The notes under the pieces: model-generated | Told to the model about the DNA's origin: nothing | The model's input: only the letters and a program-made list of their open reading frames with translations | Databases searched by the model: none | Program-made: the position numbers and the translations under genes | In this document: positions 58,442 to 63,022 of the stretch, one piece after another | How the letters are laid out: the number at the start of each line of letters is the position of its first letter | Numbering within the stretch: the first letter of the stretch is position 1 | Virus record (IMG/VR): IMGVR_UViG_3300027857_000019 | Location: 1-63,022 of that record | Reading direction: 5' to 3' (one strand) | From: a virus | Lineage: Duplodnaviria; Caudoviricetes | Length of the DNA stretch: 63,022 bases

Positions 58442-59774
58442 AAAGAATATATGAGCCTTTCAGACGAAGAATTAGCCCGAATTATTCAAACTGCCGATGC
58501 GTATATTCTGGCGTTACGGCAGGCGTTTTACAGCGCGAAACCAGAAGTAAGGGCCGCAGCCGAAGCTAGACTCAACGATTTAGGTTCTCGTTGGCTGGCC
58601 GTGCGCGTCGAATATTGCGATATTCCAGAGGCGACAGGAGTTGAGCGATGAGCCCCAAGCGAGCGCTACGCATCCTGAACGGCCTAAGTTCGCGCCGATG
58701 CTTCGTGTGTGGACGGTTCGGCCTGTGTGTGCATCGGGAGCCGCGCGTGGTAGTTGCGCAGGCGGAGCGATGGATTGATGCCATGCGACGGGATGTCGAA
58801 CGAGGGAAGGAGCCGAAGCGATGAAACAATTTGAATTGTTTGTAGCGAACGCGATAGCTACGGTGCGCTGCGAGATCACTCCGTACTCGGCGGGTTACGA
58901 CTGTGGCAAGAACGGCCCCAATGGGCGCAATTGCCACTTTGGGCTGTTTTGCACGGCTGAGAATACACGTGAATGGGAACGCGGCAAGAGGGACGCCGAA
59001 GTCGCGAAGGAGCCGGAGGCCAAGCATGCCTGACCCCGACTACATCGACCTGTACACGCGCGAGTGCGAGGGCTGGAAGGCGCGGGCTGAGAAGGCCGAG
59101 GCGCAGTTAGCCGAACTGCTGGAGGCGGCCAAGCCGTTTGTGGAGAAGGCGCAGTATGTTATCGGTTCGCGCGCAAGCGACAACGATTTTGATTCCTGGC
59201 AGTTAAAACGCGGCGATCTGCGCCGCCTCGCGGAAGTGGCTGGGAGGATTAAACCGTGATAAGCCTGCGAGACGACTGGCTGGCCGACCCGGAGCATCGG
59301 CTGATTCAGGATCAAATTGACGCCGGATGGTCCGACGTACCGGGTTACAAGATTCCGCCAGACTTCAGGACGCGCAGGCCGCCGACGAACGCGGGCGGCT
59401 GTCCGAAGAGCGGCAACGGCCGGCCGCACGGCCCGCTGGATTACGCCTACTGGGAGCGGCGCTTCGAACGCAGGCGAATGAAAGCCAGGGGATTATGACG
59501 CCCGAACTGAAGAAAAAGCTCAGATTGCAAGGCATCGACAAGCGGGCGCGGGGCGCGTTCTTTAACGGCAGACGTAAGGATGTGAGCGGGGCTAACTTCT
59601 CGGAGCACGGCTGCTACCTCTGTCCGAATACCTTCCCCTGCGAACTCGGCGAGAACTGCGATCACGCCGTCTATGTGCGGATCTGCCCGACATGCGACCC
59701 CGAAGCGGGAAAGAGGAAGCGATGACCGAGCTAGAAAAATGCGATAGCGAGATTGCGACCTGCGAGGCGATGCT

Positions 59775-60473
59775 TTGACGCCGTACTGGGAGGAGCCGGG
59801 AATTACGATCTACCATGGAGATTGCCGGGAGATTCTACCCCAACTCGAGGCGGAATCAATCATCACGGATCCCATCTGGCCCAATTGCGAGCATGTATTC
59901 CCTGGGATAGACGCCTTTGCGCTTCTACATTCAGCTCTCGAGTTGGCACATCCCGCAGTTCGCCGCGTAGCCGTACATCTAGGCTGTATGTCGGATCCGC
60001 GCTTCTTATTGGCGGTTCCTACGCGCTGGCCATACTTGCGCACCTGCTATCTGGAGTACGCGGCAATCTCGTATCTCGGTAGAATACTACGAGATGCGGA
60101 CGTTGGGTATGTTTTTGGAGACGCGCCAGATTCAAAAGAGGGAGCTCGCGTTATCCCTGGTCGGATGCTGGCAACCAGAAACGACCACACTCTCAATCGA
60201 GGTTGGGGTAAGCATCGCCAGAAGGATTTCGACGGCAAGTTGTCGGACCTCAAACATCCCGCCACGCGGCACATTCAGCACGTTCGCTGGCTTTGTAAAT
60301 GGCTCGGAGGCGGATCCGTCCTAGACCCGTTCGCGGGATGCGGGACGACAGCGTTAGCGTGTAAGTCAATCGGCGTCCAATGCACTCTAGTTGAACTCGA
60401 GGAGCGGTACTGCGAGATTGCGGCCAAACGTCTGAGCCAAGGCGTACTCGACTTGCAGGAACTCGCCACATGA
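59775..60473 (+). CDS. N4/N6 DNA methyltransferase (beta class)
   Basis: IYHGDCREIL, IITDPIW (DPPY position), HP, VLDPFAGCGTT, ELEERYCEIAAKRL. Confidence 0.85.
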   Translation: MTPYWEEPGITIYHGDCREILPQLEAESIITDPIWPNCEHVFPGIDAFALLHSALELAHPAVRRVAVHLGCMSDPRFLLAVPTRWPYLRTCYLEYAAISYLGRILRDADVGYVFGDAPDSKEGARVIPGRMLATRNDHTLNRGWGKHRQKDFDGKLSDLKHPATRHIQHVRWLCKWLGGGSVLDPFAGCGTTALACKSIGVQCTLVELEERYCEIAAKRLSQGVLDLQELAT

Positions 60474-61147
60474 CTGACCTCCGCACGCTCGACACTGCCC
60501 TGAGGTGGCTTGTAGCCGCGCTCTGGGCAATCGTGCTCGTGCAGCGCCTTAGGAATGGAGATTTCCTAGCCGCCCCGCTGTTCGCCTGCTATCTGGCCGC
60601 CATGAGCCTACGGGAGGCCCTGAACCTCCAGCTACCCAGAGCGCTATTCCTTGAGCCTACGGTGCTCTCCCTGCGTTTCTGCGCCACATTGGAGGCTGTG
60701 AGCCTATGCCTGCCACGCAGAGCGCATGGTGAGCGCCGCTGGCTCGTTCTGATGCTTTTGGAGATTGGAGCCGCAACTCAATACGCTCTTTACAGGTTTG
60801 GCTATCCGATCGGTGCGTCGCTGATCGATTGCTACGCCGCAGCCCGTCAGTATTTTCACGTCGCAATGGCCTTCGCAACATTCACGGGCATAGTTTTGTA
60901 TGCGCTAGAAGGAAGGAGGGTTGAGCCCGTACCGCGAGCCCACTATTTGATTGTCACGGCTCATTTGTGGCTAATTGCCGTGATCGGGTTTTTGTATCGC
61001 CCGACTACCGGGACCAACTGGCGGGAACTGCACATCTGGTATCTAGCCGGTTCCTGCGCATGCCTGGCGTGCTGGTGGATGGTAGGCGGGACCGTACAGA
61101 GATTCAATCTTCACGATTCCCGCCGACCGACCGTAACCGCTGAATAA
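60470..61147 (+). CDS. Multi-pass membrane protein
   Basis: About 6-7 hydrophobic segments in 225 aa. Confidence 0.7.
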   Translation: MTDLRTLDTALRWLVAALWAIVLVQRLRNGDFLAAPLFACYLAAMSLREALNLQLPRALFLEPTVLSLRFCATLEAVSLCLPRRAHGERRWLVLMLLEIGAATQYALYRFGYPIGASLIDCYAAARQYFHVAMAFATFTGIVLYALEGRRVEPVPRAHYLIVTAHLWLIAVIGFLYRPTTGTNWRELHIWYLAGSCACLACWWMVGGTVQRFNLHDSRRPTVTAE

Positions 61148-61403
61148 CCTTACGATTAAAGTCTTCCTCCTCCGTGGCTTTACGGCGGCACTCATTCACG
61201 AGATCAATCACGAGATCTGCGGCCATTTCAGGATTGCGCCTTGCGAGTTCTCGGTAACTTCGCACGATCTCTTCTCGGCGACCGTTCTCGTAAGGTAGGC
61301 GCCTCTTTCGCCATTCGCGGAGTTTACCCTGCGAATATGTCACGGCGATAGTAACAGCCCCGCCCACCAGTAAGTCATATGCGTGCTCCCAAACGTAGGC
61401 CAT
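61104..61403 (-). CDS. Single-TM hypothetical protein
   Basis: N-terminal TM followed by a basic cluster. Confidence 0.55.
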   Translation of the reverse strand: MAYVWEHAYDLLVGGAVTIAVTYSQGKLREWRKRRLPYENGRREEIVRSYRELARRNPEMAADLVIDLVNECRRKATEEEDFNRKVIQRLRSVGGNRED

Positions 61404-61411
61404 CCAGGGGC

Positions 61412-61552
61412 TCAGTTGTCATTGGGCGGCACGTTGGGAGGCGGATCGTCGGTCGGAGGCGGGTCGTCGGCAGGCGCAGGATCGCTAGTCAATGGCGGCT
61501 CATACACCGGCTTTGGCTCGGGCTCTTTGGGCAGTTTGTCTTTGTCTGGCAT
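61412..61552 (-). CDS. Small Pro/Asp-rich peptide (46 aa)
   Basis: GAGGAG RBS; MPDKDKLPKEPEPKPVYEPPLTSDPAPADDPPPTDDPPPNVPPNDN. Confidence 0.65.
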   Translation of the reverse strand: MPDKDKLPKEPEPKPVYEPPLTSDPAPADDPPPTDDPPPNVPPNDN

Positions 61553-61577
61553 AGAAGTGGCTCCTCGCGAAATGGTA

Positions 61578-61907
61578 TCACGTTTCCGGGGAACGATGGC
61601 TATGTCCGTTGCGGAAAACGCCGGTCAGATATAAAGTCTTAGCCCACAGCACCGTAACCCAAATCGCCCATATCGCCAACGTGGCATCGTGCAACCAACC
61701 TGGGAACTGTCGAAGATACCGCGGCACCGCAATCACCAGCGCGAAACGGTTGCACTGATCGAGCGTGGCGATGCTCATCACAATACCCATGTACTTCGCC
61801 AAGGGGTCACGTACCCTCATTCGCCAGAGCAGCGCGGCGCCGAGCAAGGACGCGCAGATGCCAGAACCGAGGTAAAGGACCAGTAAAACGGTGAGGGTCT
61901 CCTTCAT
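61578..61907 (-). CDS. Three-TM membrane protein
   Basis: Three hydrophobic segments in 109 aa. Confidence 0.65.
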   Translation of the reverse strand: MKETLTVLLVLYLGSGICASLLGAALLWRMRVRDPLAKYMGIVMSIATLDQCNRFALVIAVPRYLRQFPGWLHDATLAIWAIWVTVLWAKTLYLTGVFRNGHSHRSPET

Positions 61908-62179
61908 TTGGGAATTATATACTTGACTACCCGGGAGACGAGCGCCACATCAATATTCCACCAAGCACCAGACGGAAAATACAAGATGAATCGCTTGTAC
62001 CACTTTGCACGGGTTTTGCCGCCTTCGGGGTTGCATTGTTCACGTTCTTTTATCGGACGTAGGAGGTCAACACAGTGTAATTTCCAGCCACGGACGGTTT
62101 GCCGATTCCACACTTCCCCTTTCGCCTGGGTCCCGTGATGGTTCATATCGTTTTTCTCAAGAGAAATCTTCAGTTTCAA
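61904..62179 (-). CDS. Passenger ORF of the TIR element
   Basis: 91-aa ORF inside the TIRs, stop in the left TSD; start uncertain. Confidence 0.5.
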   Translation of the reverse strand: MKLKISLEKNDMNHHGTQAKGEVWNRQTVRGWKLHCVDLLRPIKEREQCNPEGGKTRAKWYKRFILYFPSGAWWNIDVALVSRVVKYIIPK

Positions 62180-62217
62180 CTGTGGCCCCTATGCAGGTAG
62201 TTAAGTATATAATTCCC
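61910..62217. mobile_element. Non-autonomous insertion element (MITE/cassette), IS1595-like ends
   Basis: TIRs GGGAATTATATACTTGACTACC / GGTAGTTAAGTATATAATTCCC (21/22 match); exact 8-bp TSD CTTCATTT at 61902-61909 and 62218-62225; no transposase. Confidence 0.85.
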
Positions 62218-62219
62218 CT

Positions 62220-62498
62220 TCATTTGCGGGGTCCTTTATCGCGCGGTTTCCTTAATTCCGTATGCAGATCGGCAAAGCCTTGGCTCATAATAGCATCCCG
62301 GCGCTCTAACGCACGCATAAACTCGCTCTGGCTCTTTTCCAAGCGTTCCTGAGCGATGTCCAATTGCGTGGAGATAATCGCCATCTGGCGCAGCAGCAGG
62401 GGCCAGACGAGCTTGTAAATTGCCAATACGACGATCAGAAGCGCGACAATTGGCAGGCCGTAACGGTCGAGAATGCTCCAGATGTCATGAGGGTTCAC
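62220..62498 (-). CDS. Holin-like single-TM coiled-coil protein
   Basis: YGLPIVALLIVVLAIY TM followed by a coiled coil. Confidence 0.55.
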   Translation of the reverse strand: MNPHDIWSILDRYGLPIVALLIVVLAIYKLVWPLLLRQMAIISTQLDIAQERLEKSQSEFMRALERRDAIMSQGFADLHTELRKPRDKGPRK

Positions 62499-62839
62499 TT
62501 CGCCTCCGGCTTGGGTGGCTCAATAATAACCGGGGTAACGGGCGGGATAGGCGGCCCACCCTCGGCGCGGACGGTGGTGGTCGTGGTGGTGGTAGCGGCT
62601 GGCTCTCCAGATCCGCGGCCTGTTAGCGTATTCTTGGTGAGCATCCCGAACAGACACCCGCCGATAGCCGTAATCGCCTCGCGGATGAAGGGCACGACCT
62701 CGCCGTCGCGGGAATCGTGATCGGCGTGCAGCATCGTTACGCCGGCCAAAATGTAGAGGATCGTCAGGAGCACGATAACAAAGTTCTCGCGCAATAACTT
62801 GCTCCAAGCAGCGAGTTCGCCGAGCAACGTTTGCCACAC
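62495..62839 (-). CDS. Two-TM holin-like membrane protein
   Basis: Two hydrophobic segments, Thr/Pro tail. Confidence 0.55.
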   Translation of the reverse strand: MWQTLLGELAAWSKLLRENFVIVLLTILYILAGVTMLHADHDSRDGEVVPFIREAITAIGGCLFGMLTKNTLTGRGSGEPAATTTTTTTVRAEGGPPIPPVTPVIIEPPKPEAK

Positions 62840-62895
62840 TGATTTATGGGATTAGGATAGCATGAGGGCTTCCCAGAAACAGAAAGAGTCATGAT

Positions 62896-63022
62896 CTTCG
62901 TTTAAACGCCCAACCCCAACGATCTGGACGATGAAAGTGTTGCTCATCATTCAGATGCGCTCGAGCAGTTTGGAGCACCGAAATTAGGTCATCTAGCCAG
63001 AAGCTAGAAAAGGTATTACCAA
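62896..63022. repeat. 127-bp terminal direct repeat (copy 2)
   Basis: Identical to 1-127. Confidence 0.95.

Overview
The window looks like a complete, circular ~62.9 kb tailed-phage genome. The first and last 127 nt are identical (a typical assembler overlap), and a minus-strand ORF reads across the join. The architecture is podovirus-like: portal, scaffold, major capsid, adaptors, nozzle, tailspike and ejection proteins, with no tape measure. It also carries RecT, a replication initiator, a Mom-like DNA modifier and a DNA methyltransferase. The host is inferred to be an exosortase-using diderm, plausibly Acidobacteriota. Unusual points: (1) the terminase large subunit is split into a nuclease gene (8012-8851, +) and an ATPase gene (34950-36185, -) 26 kb apart on opposite strands, with no visible intein; (2) the major capsid gene is interrupted by a 276-nt ORF-less group I intron, 2.2 kb from a free-standing LAGLIDADG endonuclease; (3) an 11-kb operon encodes four large Cys-rich, fibre/adhesin-like proteins that all have Sec-type signal peptides, alongside a PEP-CTERM protein, a glycosylation cassette inside the virion module, and a class-3 lipase but no recognisable endolysin; (4) there is an Xer/dif-like site but no recognisable integrase; (5) a 308-bp transposase-less element has 22-bp TIRs and an 8-bp TSD; (6) a TGTAAAC-N3-GTTTACA palindrome recurs at operon starts. 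All family assignments come from reading motifs by eye; no searches were run.
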